Shown piece after piece: positions 47,350 to 55,693 of a stretch of 64,000 nucleotides of DNA. The stretch is from positions 64,880-128,879 of the forward strand of contig JBBTRX010000002.1 of the NCBI GenBank assembly GCA_038064975.1, read 5' to 3'. The DNA is from Patescibacteria group bacterium (GTDB taxonomy: Bacteria > Patescibacteriota > Minisyncoccia > UBA6257 > 1-14-0-10-40-38). The notes below the pieces were generated by a model, which worked only from the letters and a program-made list of their open reading frames with translations, was not told the origin of the DNA and ran no database searches. Position numbers and translations under genes: made by a program. Each line of letters opens with the position of its first letter. The first letter of the stretch is position 1.

Positions 47350-47964
47350 ATGACAGAAGTAGTTAAGCTTGAAGGTCGTGTTCGACTGTTGGGATATGGA
47401 CCAGACGAAGTTCGTATCGGTGATCTCTTGGAACAAGAAGTGGATCTCGTTCAAGGTATGGTAAATGGTCATCAGTGGATCACGGTCCAAGATGGACGGA
47501 TACAATCCACGCCAACGAGAGAAGAACTCCCCTGTCCTACGGAAGACGAAAACATGCTTCCGTTTTGGAGGAGACATCAAGAAAGCGACGAGTCTCATCG
47601 CATGGAGCAATTGACGTTCGTAGATGACTTACAAGGAATTTATTCACCATCGTTTTCCATTCAACATTTGTGCGGATATTACTACACGAGAGAGAAATAC
47701 GAACAAGAAGCAGTAAAGCTCGAGAGCTATGGATTCCAATGTCTGCGCTCAAGACGCGACGTAAGCGGGAGATACTGGGAAATCTGGTATCTGCCTAGCC
47801 TCTTCTCTTCAGCTCAAGGCGAGCTGAAAGAAACAATCAAAGGTTTGAAGGAAGAAAAAGCGCAAACGGCGCGTGCAATTCAATTCCTTTGTAGAAACAT
47901 TTCTTTTGGAACGCTTGATGTATCCATCCAGCGAGCAGCAATGACTATGGACGATTACTGGTAA
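47350..47964 (+). CDS. Hypothetical protein
   Basis: AAGGAG RBS, own promoter-like region and terminator (~47972-48013). Confidence 0.65.
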   Translation: MTEVVKLEGRVRLLGYGPDEVRIGDLLEQEVDLVQGMVNGHQWITVQDGRIQSTPTREELPCPTEDENMLPFWRRHQESDESHRMEQLTFVDDLQGIYSPSFSIQHLCGYYYTREKYEQEAVKLESYGFQCLRSRRDVSGRYWEIWYLPSLFSSAQGELKETIKGLKEEKAQTARAIQFLCRNISFGTLDVSIQRAAMTMDDYW

Positions 47965-48088
47965 GCCAAGCAGAGACCCCTATTCGTCTTCGGACGAGCA
48001 GGGGTCTTTTTTTCATCTTTTGACACCTCCGTAAAAACCCGATACGTTATGCTTAGTTCTTCGACAGCCCAAACCAAAAGGAAGTCCT

Positions 48089-48265
48089 ATGTCTGCCCTT
48101 ACCGTGATCGAGGTCATACTTTTCCTCTTTGCGATCCCTGGTCCATTTTTGATTGGTTTTAGAATTGGTCATCGTGATCACCTACACGGAACAGCTACGA
48201 GAATTTTTTACGTATCTGCTCTCTTTTTCGTAGCAGCAGCGACACTTCATATCCTGCGGATGTAG
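48089..48265 (+). CDS. Small 2-TM protein (58 aa, not in ORF track)
   Basis: MSALTVIEVILFLFAIPGPFLIGFRIGHRDHLHGTATRIFYVSALFFVAAATLHILRM, AAGGA RBS. Confidence 0.55.
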   Translation: MSALTVIEVILFLFAIPGPFLIGFRIGHRDHLHGTATRIFYVSALFFVAAATLHILRM

Positions 48266-48295
48266 TCCCTCAAACCCAACAAAAGGAGAAGACTC

Positions 48296-49048
48296 ATGAA
48301 CAGTTCTACTGTTCTCGCTCTACTTGAACGCTTTGGCGCGATTATTACAAATGACCATATTGTCTATACATCGGGTCGACACGGTGATATGTACATCAAT
48401 AAAGATGCGATCTATCCCCATACCGAAATAGTATTCTCCCTTTGTCGTGAACTTGCCAATCGGTTTCTTGAAGAACCTGCGGATGTCGTCGTTGCTCCTG
48501 CGCAGGGAGGCATCATCCTTTCCCAATGGGTAGCACGTCACTTAAGTGTCATGCTTAAGAGAGATGTGCTCGCCGTTTACGCCGAAAAGTCCGCGGACGG
48601 TACGACGTTCGTTTTGAGACGCGGGTATGATAACCTCGTTGCTGATAAACGAGTTCTGGTTGTGGAAGATATTCTTACAACCGGCGGTTCGGTACGCAAA
48701 GTAGTGGAGCTCGTACGCAAGCATGGTGGCGACGTTTTTGGCGTGGGTGCACTCGTGAATCGTGGAGGAGTTACTACTCGCGATGTAGGCAATGTGCTGG
48801 ATCTCGTTTCACTCCTGAAACTTGATCTTGATACATGGAGCGAAGAGCAATGCCCGCTCTGCCAAAAAGGGACTCCTATTAATACAAATGTAGGCAAGGG
48901 ACTGGAGTTTATGGAACGCAAATACGCTCGTAGTCGCTGGACATGTGACGGATGCGAAACGGAAATGACGCCATCCACATCAGAGAAACGACCCAACAAA
49001 CTTCTTTGTTCGCGTTGTATCGGAGAAGCAGGAGACTCTTTCGGTTAA
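48296..49048 (+). CDS. pyrE: Orotate phosphoribosyltransferase-like protein with C-terminal CxxC-x17-CxxC domain
   Basis: H.VYTSGRH..YINK, VLVVEDILTTGGS, CPLC. Confidence 0.8.
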   Translation: MNSSTVLALLERFGAIITNDHIVYTSGRHGDMYINKDAIYPHTEIVFSLCRELANRFLEEPADVVVAPAQGGIILSQWVARHLSVMLKRDVLAVYAEKSADGTTFVLRRGYDNLVADKRVLVVEDILTTGGSVRKVVELVRKHGGDVFGVGALVNRGGVTTRDVGNVLDLVSLLKLDLDTWSEEQCPLCQKGTPINTNVGKGLEFMERKYARSRWTCDGCETEMTPSTSEKRPNKLLCSRCIGEAGDSFG

Positions 49049-49178
49049 GCCGTAGCTCCACAAGAACCCTTATCATCCCAAGAGATACGGGTTCTTTTTA
49101 TTTGACAGTCCCCTAAATCTTCAAGCATAATCCCCACGTATTCAGTCCCCGTTCATTTACAAGCAAAAGGAGACCATC

Positions 49179-49679
49179 ATGAGCCCGTTTCTGGAAGAAG
49201 AGCATAAAGAACATATCAACTACGCCCCTCACCAATTCACATCTCAAGAGATGCAGGAATTAGAACAAATCATCATTGCGTCGGAAGACGCGACTGATTA
49301 TGCGAAAAGACTTTTTGTCTGGCTTCTCCGTGAGACGAATCATTTCACCCGTCGCGTCGCCGTATCGCTCCGAAACGCAGCCGTGGGCGAACAACTCGTG
49401 AACGAAGTGCGCCAAAGCGCCCGAGCAATCATGGGATGCTACGGCACAACCGATCTTTTTAGAAAAATTGGGATTTATGGAACGCAAATGAATTTCACAC
49501 ACCATCAAGGATGTTTCAATGCAGAAGGGTTTGACATGATGGAAGATGGGCACACTTTCTGGTACACGTTCATCTATCACGATAGCCGTGCAACGGTTCT
49601 CCCCCTTCCGTCACAAGAAGTATTGGAAGCGATCTCACTAGAATCTAAATCCTCCAAAGAGGACGAGGATGAGTCATAG
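49179..49679 (+). CDS. Hypothetical protein
   Basis: AAGGAG RBS, TTGACA promoter upstream. Confidence 0.6.
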   Translation: MSPFLEEEHKEHINYAPHQFTSQEMQELEQIIIASEDATDYAKRLFVWLLRETNHFTRRVAVSLRNAAVGEQLVNEVRQSARAIMGCYGTTDLFRKIGIYGTQMNFTHHQGCFNAEGFDMMEDGHTFWYTFIYHDSRATVLPLPSQEVLEAISLESKSSKEDEDES

Positions 49680-49810
49680 ATCTAAAGCGCACGACCCCCC
49701 GGTACGGCGCCTTTTCTTTTTCCATAATTTTCGCTAGTGTTGTTTTAGTACTCGTCCTCATCACCCAATACCAATCCGGATTTGCCGGACAAGGAGAAAG
49801 GACACGAAAG

Positions 49811-50047
49811 ATGACACCTGAAGAACAGAAAGGGCATCTGTTACGTATTGCAAATTCTTACTGCAAAACAAGACACCCCGACTACTACAAATCTTTGATA
49901 TATAGTGGACCAGGCGAAGGACCGCCATGCTCAGATTGCCGCGCAGAAGTGCGGCGCGATTATGAACTGAAGCAGGCAAAATTTCGGGGAAGAATCCTTT
50001 CCCCCGAGGAGGCAAGGGCGGTACGAAATAGCCATCGACTTCCCTAG
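49811..50047 (+). CDS. Small hypothetical protein with C-x3-H...C-x2-C
   Basis: 78 aa, RBS upstream. Confidence 0.55.
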   Translation: MTPEEQKGHLLRIANSYCKTRHPDYYKSLIYSGPGEGPPCSDCRAEVRRDYELKQAKFRGRILSPEEARAVRNSHRLP

Positions 50048-50195
50048 GCCATGAATCTCTTGAGATTTTGCGACCCAGTCCCCGTATTGCTTTCACGAGC
50101 AGAACGGGGCTTTTTTTCGCGACACTTGATACGATTTCTAAAACATGGTAATATAATCCCTTCGTTCCTTTACATAACCGTTCTTTAGGGAGGAG

Positions 50196-50477
50196 ATGCC
50201 TGTGACGCTTACGGAAGAGTGGACCGTAGATCGTGTCTTGGAAGAAACGGGAAGAGACCCTCGCAACAAGGGATATACCGCGGAGATTTGCGGTAATTCT
50301 CGTTGTAACGGAAAGGCAAACGTTTTGAGACGCCTTCCTTCGTGGCAATGTGAGTGTGGAAGATGGAATCTCATTCCCACCGAGCGCGCGAATGTGAATC
50401 TGCATGAAGAACCCACGATCGGCCCCCCCGCTCAACTCATTTATGCCGCCAACATGAGAAGAGCGCGCCATGGCTAG
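50196..50477 (+). CDS. Small zinc-ribbon protein
   Basis: CGNSRC...CECG, GGAGG RBS. Confidence 0.55.
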   Translation: MPVTLTEEWTVDRVLEETGRDPRNKGYTAEICGNSRCNGKANVLRRLPSWQCECGRWNLIPTERANVNLHEEPTIGPPAQLIYAANMRRARHG

Positions 50478-50643
50478 TGCAGAGAAAGAGCCGAACACTC
50501 GACCTTTGGTACGTGACCTCTTGATGCTCTGCAAGATTAAGGAGCATGAAGGTTGTCCGCGAATCATGAGCACCCCTTCGGCAATGATCCGATGTAACTG
50601 CACCTGCCACGAAAAACCCAAGAGAAGAAAGATTTGGGGATAG
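50470..50643 (+). CDS. Small Cys-rich protein (57 aa, not in ORF track)
   Basis: C-x7-C...CNCTCH; overlaps the upstream stop; terminator at ~50655-50690. Confidence 0.5.
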   Translation: MASAEKEPNTRPLVRDLLMLCKIKEHEGCPRIMSTPSAMIRCNCTCHEKPKRRKIWG

Positions 50644-50811
50644 TGCTAAGACCCGAGCCCCTTTGCTTTCGCAAAGGGGCTCTTTTTTTACAAGCGATTT
50701 ACATAATCTCAAAAATTCAATATGTGGGAATTTTATTTTTCATACCCCCTGCCTTATACTAACTCCAGCAGTTTGATTCACTCATACGCCGAACATCTCA
50801 AGGAGACTACA

Positions 50812-51159
50812 GTGGCGAAGAAAACCCGAACCAAGACTCCCCCGTCCCCCTTCATAAGAGTAGAGCCGCTCAACAAACGAGAGCTTACAGTAATAAAAAA
50901 GAGCCTTATGAAGAAGGATGAGAAAGAAAGCGCTAGAATAAAAAAGGTTGGTGAATGCACGGCCTGCTATGGAGAAGTTGTAAAAGAAACCATCCAAATC
51001 TTCCCACGCACAGACTTCATAGGGCACCAAGCTAGTTATCCCGAAACAACCTACCACTGCAACATGTGTGGTCTCATGTACAAGTACCCACCGAAGAAAG
51101 GCACGATTAGACGGCAAGCCGTACAAAACCCTATTTATAGACACGACATAGAAGATTAA
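50812..51159 (+). CDS. Hypothetical zinc-ribbon protein
   Basis: GTG start after AAGGAG; CTAC...CNMC. Confidence 0.55.
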   Translation: MAKKTRTKTPPSPFIRVEPLNKRELTVIKKSLMKKDEKESARIKKVGECTACYGEVVKETIQIFPRTDFIGHQASYPETTYHCNMCGLMYKYPPKKGTIRRQAVQNPIYRHDIED

Positions 51160-51213
51160 GTAGGTCCGCCCCCCCCGCAAAACGGGGGTCTTTTTTATCT
51201 CTTTACAAGTTTC

Positions 51214-51753
51214 ATGAAACCGCATATACTAACCCTACCCTTGAAAAACCAGCCAAAACTTAATCATCAAATCAAAGCATCTGAAGTCCGGGTACTCACC
51301 GATTCGGGAGAAAACTTGGGCGTGATGGAACTTCCGAAAGCTCTCACTATGGCCCGCGAACAGGGCCTTGATCTTATTGAAGTAAGCGACAAAGCGAAGC
51401 CGCCTGTCGTCCGCATCATGAGCTTTGATAAGTACCGCTACCAAGAAGAGAAGAAGCTCAAAAAACAGCGGTCCGGAGAAAAGGTGAAGGAAGTAAAACA
51501 GGTGCAAGTCTCTGTTCGTTCCGCGAAACATGACCTTGGGGTCAAGGCAAAACGGGTAAATGAATTCCTTGAAGCGGGACATCCGGTAGCGCTTGTTATG
51601 ACGCTCCGCGGAAGAGAGAAGGCAAACAAAGATTGGGCGAAGAAAAAACTTGAAGAATTCCTCGAACTTATCACTACCCCTTTCCAACGAATCTCAAATA
51701 TTCATCCCGGCGGAAGAGGTCTTGTAATGCAAATTGTTCCGACCAAAAAATAA
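51214..51753 (+). CDS. infC: Translation initiation factor IF-3 (start uncertain)
   Basis: N.QIKASEVRV, GLDLIEV, PPVVRIM, RGRE. Confidence 0.93.
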   Translation: MKPHILTLPLKNQPKLNHQIKASEVRVLTDSGENLGVMELPKALTMAREQGLDLIEVSDKAKPPVVRIMSFDKYRYQEEKKLKKQRSGEKVKEVKQVQVSVRSAKHDLGVKAKRVNEFLEAGHPVALVMTLRGREKANKDWAKKKLEEFLELITTPFQRISNIHPGGRGLVMQIVPTKK

Positions 51754-51759
51754 GTATAT

Positions 51760-51933
51760 ATGAAACGAAGTATTCAGAGCCGATTTACACTCACCGGTAC
51801 TGGTAAACTCAAACGCCAACCGATGGGCAAAGGCCACAACAAAGCAAAAAAGACGGGAAAACAAAAACACGGAAAGCGCGTTGCCCTTCACGTACACGGA
51901 GCTGACCGCAAAAACATTTTGAAATACTTCTAA
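51760..51933 (+). CDS. rpmI: 50S ribosomal protein L35
   Basis: RFTLTGTGKLKR...H; lies between infC and rplT. Confidence 0.88.
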   Translation: MKRSIQSRFTLTGTGKLKRQPMGKGHNKAKKTGKQKHGKRVALHVHGADRKNILKYF

Positions 51934-51937
51934 ATCT

Positions 51938-52282
51938 ATGACACGAGTAAAACGAGGCGTTACTGCCAATAAACGGAGAAAGAATGTTTTAAAAGCGGCA
52001 AAAGGATTCCGCTGGAGCAGAAAATCCAAAGAGCGCGCAGCTAAAGAAGCTTTGCTTCATTCGCTTACGAATAAATTCCGTGGCAGAAAAGAAAAGAAGC
52101 GCGTGAATCGCGCCCTCTGGCAAGTCAAAATCAATGCAGCTGTCCGACCCGAAGGAATGAAATATTCAACCTTCATCGGAGCACTCAAGAAAAAGAACAT
52201 TATCATTGACCGCAAAGTACTCGCTGATCTCGCGGAACATGAACCGAAAGTATTTAAGAAAATAGTGGAAAGCGTGAAATAA
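51938..52282 (+). CDS. rplT: 50S ribosomal protein L20
   Basis: MTRVKRG, INAAVR, DRKVLADLA. Confidence 0.97.
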   Translation: MTRVKRGVTANKRRKNVLKAAKGFRWSRKSKERAAKEALLHSLTNKFRGRKEKKRVNRALWQVKINAAVRPEGMKYSTFIGALKKKNIIIDRKVLADLAEHEPKVFKKIVESVK

Positions 52283-52394
52283 TAAAAAAGTATAAGGTAG
52301 TAGGTATAAGGTATAAAGCAAAAACCGCCTTTCGGCGGTTTTTTAGTGCAATTTTTTACTTAAAAACTGTTCAACTGATTAACTCTTTAACTCA

Positions 52395-52655
52395 TTAACT
52401 GGAAAAAGAAACGCCTTCCTTTTTGAGGATGCGTTTCTTTTTTGCTGTTCCCCACGCGAAACCACCCGGATTTCCATCCGCGCGAATAACGCGATGACAA
52501 GGAACTTTAGGATCCCGATTTTTGTTCAGAATGTTCCCCACCGCTCGGTAGGCTCGGGGATTCCCCGCGATGCGCGCTATTTCTTGGTACGTGCGCGTTT
52601 CGCCTCGGGGGATTCTTTGGACCGCCTGATATACCTTTCTCCTGAAGGAAGTCAT
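52395..52655 (-). CDS. MGMT/Ogt family DNA alkyl-repair protein (C-terminal domain only)
   Basis: IPRGETRTY.EIA, RAVG, PCHRV. Confidence 0.88.
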   Translation of the reverse strand: MTSFRRKVYQAVQRIPRGETRTYQEIARIAGNPRAYRAVGNILNKNRDPKVPCHRVIRADGNPGGFAWGTAKKKRILKKEGVSFSS

Positions 52656-53058
52656 AAGCCCGATCTAATATTTGCAAACTATCTTTGTATCTTGCCAGTA
52701 TTCGTTTCGCTTCCACATAGGTGAACCATCCATATCCCTCGTGCTCATCTGAAACCGCGATTTGCACGATACTAGTTTCCGCAAGGTAGAGAATGACTAC
52801 TTTAAAGATTTTTTCCTTGCCTCGACGATAGGAAAACCGCTCACGCGCTTTGAATCCCCGAACGAAGTGGAGTTCAGAAGCTTTGAGTCCTGTTTCTTCC
52901 TGGACTTCGCGAAGTGCCGTTTGCCAGCTCCGCTCTTCTGATTCCATCTTTCCCTTCGCGAAATTCCAATAGTTTCCGCCGTGATAGAGAATGAGAAATT
53001 TTGGGCCCTCCTTTGTTCTCCGAAAGACGATGATACCGGCGGATATAATCCGCTGCAT
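52507..53058 (-). CDS. NUDIX hydrolase (Ap4A hydrolase-like)
   Basis: SAGII, WNFAKG, ALREVQEETG, SDEH..Y.W. Confidence 0.85.
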   Translation of the reverse strand: MQRIISAGIIVFRRTKEGPKFLILYHGGNYWNFAKGKMESEERSWQTALREVQEETGLKASELHFVRGFKARERFSYRRGKEKIFKVVILYLAETSIVQIAVSDEHEGYGWFTYVEAKRILARYKDSLQILDRAYDFLQEKGISGGPKNPPRRNAHVPRNSAHRGESPSLPSGGEHSEQKSGS

Positions 53059-53094
53059 GGAAAGTAGTTTACCACGCCTAAGGTTTTGGTTCAA

Positions 53095-54867
53095 TTAAGC
53101 CCGATTTTTCAGTAATTTCAACATTTGATCAACTGGATACGTATTAATAATACCCCCCTTTGTCACCCAACCTCTCCTTGCCTGTGAGATACCAAATTCA
53201 AGTACAGAAAAATGGCTTACGCTATGTGCGTCGGAATCAATAGACATTTTTACACCCGCTTTCACACATTTTCTGATATGATCGTCTTTCAAATCTAACC
53301 GATCAGGAAATGCATCTATCTCTAAAATAGTCCCCGTCTTTTTCGCTACCGCAATAATCTCTTCCATATCTATAGGATACGCCGGTCGCTTCCCTATCCT
53401 ACGCCCCGTCGGATGAAATAAAATATCGGCATGCGGATTATGCATTGCTTTTACTACACGCGCTGTCTGCTCTTCAATCGGAAGATTGAAATAGGAATGC
53501 ACGGAGATACCAACGACATCCAACTTCGCGAGCACGTCGTCCGAAATATCCAGCGATCCGTCTTTTAAAATATCACATTCGGAACCCGCAAGAATTCTGA
53601 ATTTCTTTTTTTCTTTCTGCAAATCCCCGTTAATTTTTCTAATCTCTTCAATTTGCTCTAAAATCTTTTTCTCATCCAATCCCCCCGTCATCGCAAGGCG
53701 TTTGGTATGGTCAGTAATCACGATGTATTCAAGTCCTGCTTTCATTGCGGCATCCGCCATCGCGCGGATAGAATCCGCCCCGTCCGTCCAATTAGTCTGG
53801 GTTTGCAAATCCCCTTTCAAATCGCCGTAATCAATAAGCTTCGGAAGCTTCTTTTCTTCGGCAAGTTCAACTTCACCCGCGTCTTCACGCATTTCCGGAG
53901 GAATGTATTCCAATCCAAGTGCTGAATAAATTTCTTCTTCAGTTTTCCCCGCTACCAACTTCCATTCATTGTCGTTAGTTGTTAGTTTTTTGTTGTTAGT
54001 TTTCTTATAGAGCCCATATTCATTAAGCTTCATACCCTTACTGATGGCGATTTTTCTCAAATGCACATTATGATCTTTTGATCCTGTAAAGTAATTTAAA
54101 GCCGCACCGTAGGACTCCGGTGGCACTACGCGGAGATCAGCATCAATGCCGGCTTTGAGCCGAACCATCGATTTCGTGGGTCCTTTGGCATAGACGCGCG
54201 CCACTTCCGGCATTGCAGTAAACGCATCCATCACGGTCTCTGCGTTCTTCGCGACAACAAGAATATCAATATCTCCTACAGTTTCTTTGCGCCTACGAAT
54301 TGAACCTGCAACCGCGAAATGTTCAACCGCTTTCACTTTACGTAATCGCTCTTCAATGCTTCGCACTTCGGGCACGATATTCCCCAAGAGCATTCTTCCG
54401 CCTGATGCACGCACGAATTCAATCCCTTTCAAAATATTCTCTTCACTCTTTTTTCCAAATCCTTCCAAAACTCCAATCGTTCCGGCTTTTGCAGCTTTTT
54501 CTAAATCATCCAGATTTTTAATCTTGAGCTTCTCGTACAACCGTTTTATTTTTTTCGGGCCCAACCCTTCAACTTTTGTAAGTGTCGCAAGATCAACAGG
54601 CGTTTCGAGTTTTAACTGTTCGTAATACGCGAGCTTTCCAGTTTTTATAAGTTCTTCAACATGATCAGCAATAGATGCCCCAACACCAGGAATGGTTAAA
54701 ATCGCGGCTCGTCCGCCTCTTTTGTAGAGACCAGAAATTTCTTCATCAAGCGCAAGCACGCTTTCGGCTACCTTCTCATATGCGCGTGGCTTAAACGGAA
54801 TATCCTCCATCGCTAAATATTCGGCAATGTTGGTCAATATTTCTGCGATTTCCTTATTGGTAAGCAT
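53095..54867 (-). CDS. polX: DNA polymerase X with PHP domain
   Basis: AGSIRR.KETVGDIDIL, YFTGSKDHN, ITDH, DSDAH. Confidence 0.94.
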   Translation of the reverse strand: MLTNKEIAEILTNIAEYLAMEDIPFKPRAYEKVAESVLALDEEISGLYKRGGRAAILTIPGVGASIADHVEELIKTGKLAYYEQLKLETPVDLATLTKVEGLGPKKIKRLYEKLKIKNLDDLEKAAKAGTIGVLEGFGKKSEENILKGIEFVRASGGRMLLGNIVPEVRSIEERLRKVKAVEHFAVAGSIRRRKETVGDIDILVVAKNAETVMDAFTAMPEVARVYAKGPTKSMVRLKAGIDADLRVVPPESYGAALNYFTGSKDHNVHLRKIAISKGMKLNEYGLYKKTNNKKLTTNDNEWKLVAGKTEEEIYSALGLEYIPPEMREDAGEVELAEEKKLPKLIDYGDLKGDLQTQTNWTDGADSIRAMADAAMKAGLEYIVITDHTKRLAMTGGLDEKKILEQIEEIRKINGDLQKEKKKFRILAGSECDILKDGSLDISDDVLAKLDVVGISVHSYFNLPIEEQTARVVKAMHNPHADILFHPTGRRIGKRPAYPIDMEEIIAVAKKTGTILEIDAFPDRLDLKDDHIRKCVKAGVKMSIDSDAHSVSHFSVLEFGISQARRGWVTKGGIINTYPVDQMLKLLKNRA

Positions 54868-54872
54868 AGTGC

Positions 54873-55520
54873 CTAGCTATGATGCGCTGTTCTCCGATGC
54901 GGACGCTCGGGCAAAACCCGAACAGGAGATCCCTTTTTTCTAATAAGACTGGGTTGGATAAAAAGAAGAAGAAAAGATCCTAAAACAGCTAGGACTCCTG
55001 CGCAGAAAAATAATGTTTGGAATCCAAATGTTTCGGCAATATATCCTCCCAAGGCAGAAGCGCCCGCTGTCGCAAACCCTACTGAGAACACGCTCTCTAA
55101 GCTCCATTCAAAACTAATGCGCCATTTATCTACGTGCCGCGTAAAAATGCTGTACCACGCGGGAACCGCGATCGCCATAGAGACGCCAAGAAAGGCTTGA
55201 GCCATATAGAGATGCCAAGGCTCCGTAATAAACATATACATAAAAGGAACGAGACCGCTCATGAAGAAACCCAAAAACATGGCCCAAAAATCATCGGTTT
55301 CGCCGTCCGTTTTGTCTAAAAAGCGTGCAATGGGAAGCTGGATGAGAGATTTTATAATCCAATAGACCGAGGTCGCAAAACCGGCAATCTGCACCGATCC
55401 ACCCGCAATCTGGTTAGTAATAAAAATAGCAAAGATCGGAGCAAAGGATCCAAACGCGGAATTCACAAAGAAATCCGTGACTACCATAATTTTGACAACC
55501 CGATTAATAGATAAAAACAT
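54873..55520 (-). CDS. Half-size MFS-type transporter
   Basis: About 6 TM segments, MFS-like; ATG at 55520. Confidence 0.7.
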   Translation of the reverse strand: MFLSINRVVKIMVVTDFFVNSAFGSFAPIFAIFITNQIAGGSVQIAGFATSVYWIIKSLIQLPIARFLDKTDGETDDFWAMFLGFFMSGLVPFMYMFITEPWHLYMAQAFLGVSMAIAVPAWYSIFTRHVDKWRISFEWSLESVFSVGFATAGASALGGYIAETFGFQTLFFCAGVLAVLGSFLLLFIQPSLIRKKGSPVRVLPERPHRRTAHHS

Positions 55521-55693
55521 AGTTTTCCTTATTATACCCCAGAGCTCGTTAAAAACCCCGTGGTACCCGTGCAAAAATCGATCTCGCCCGTGACGAGAAT
55601 ACGAGTCGGAGGATGAAATGTGCTGGGAGCACATTGAATCCGAGACGAAGTTTTGAGTAGGACGAGGTTGATTTTGGCATGGGGGAGAGTTAT

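Noticed and set aside
49761-50621. 286-aa minus-strand ORF and other long antisense ORFs (e.g. 4157-4966, 31758-32384)
   Set aside because: Shadow frames opposite better-supported genes
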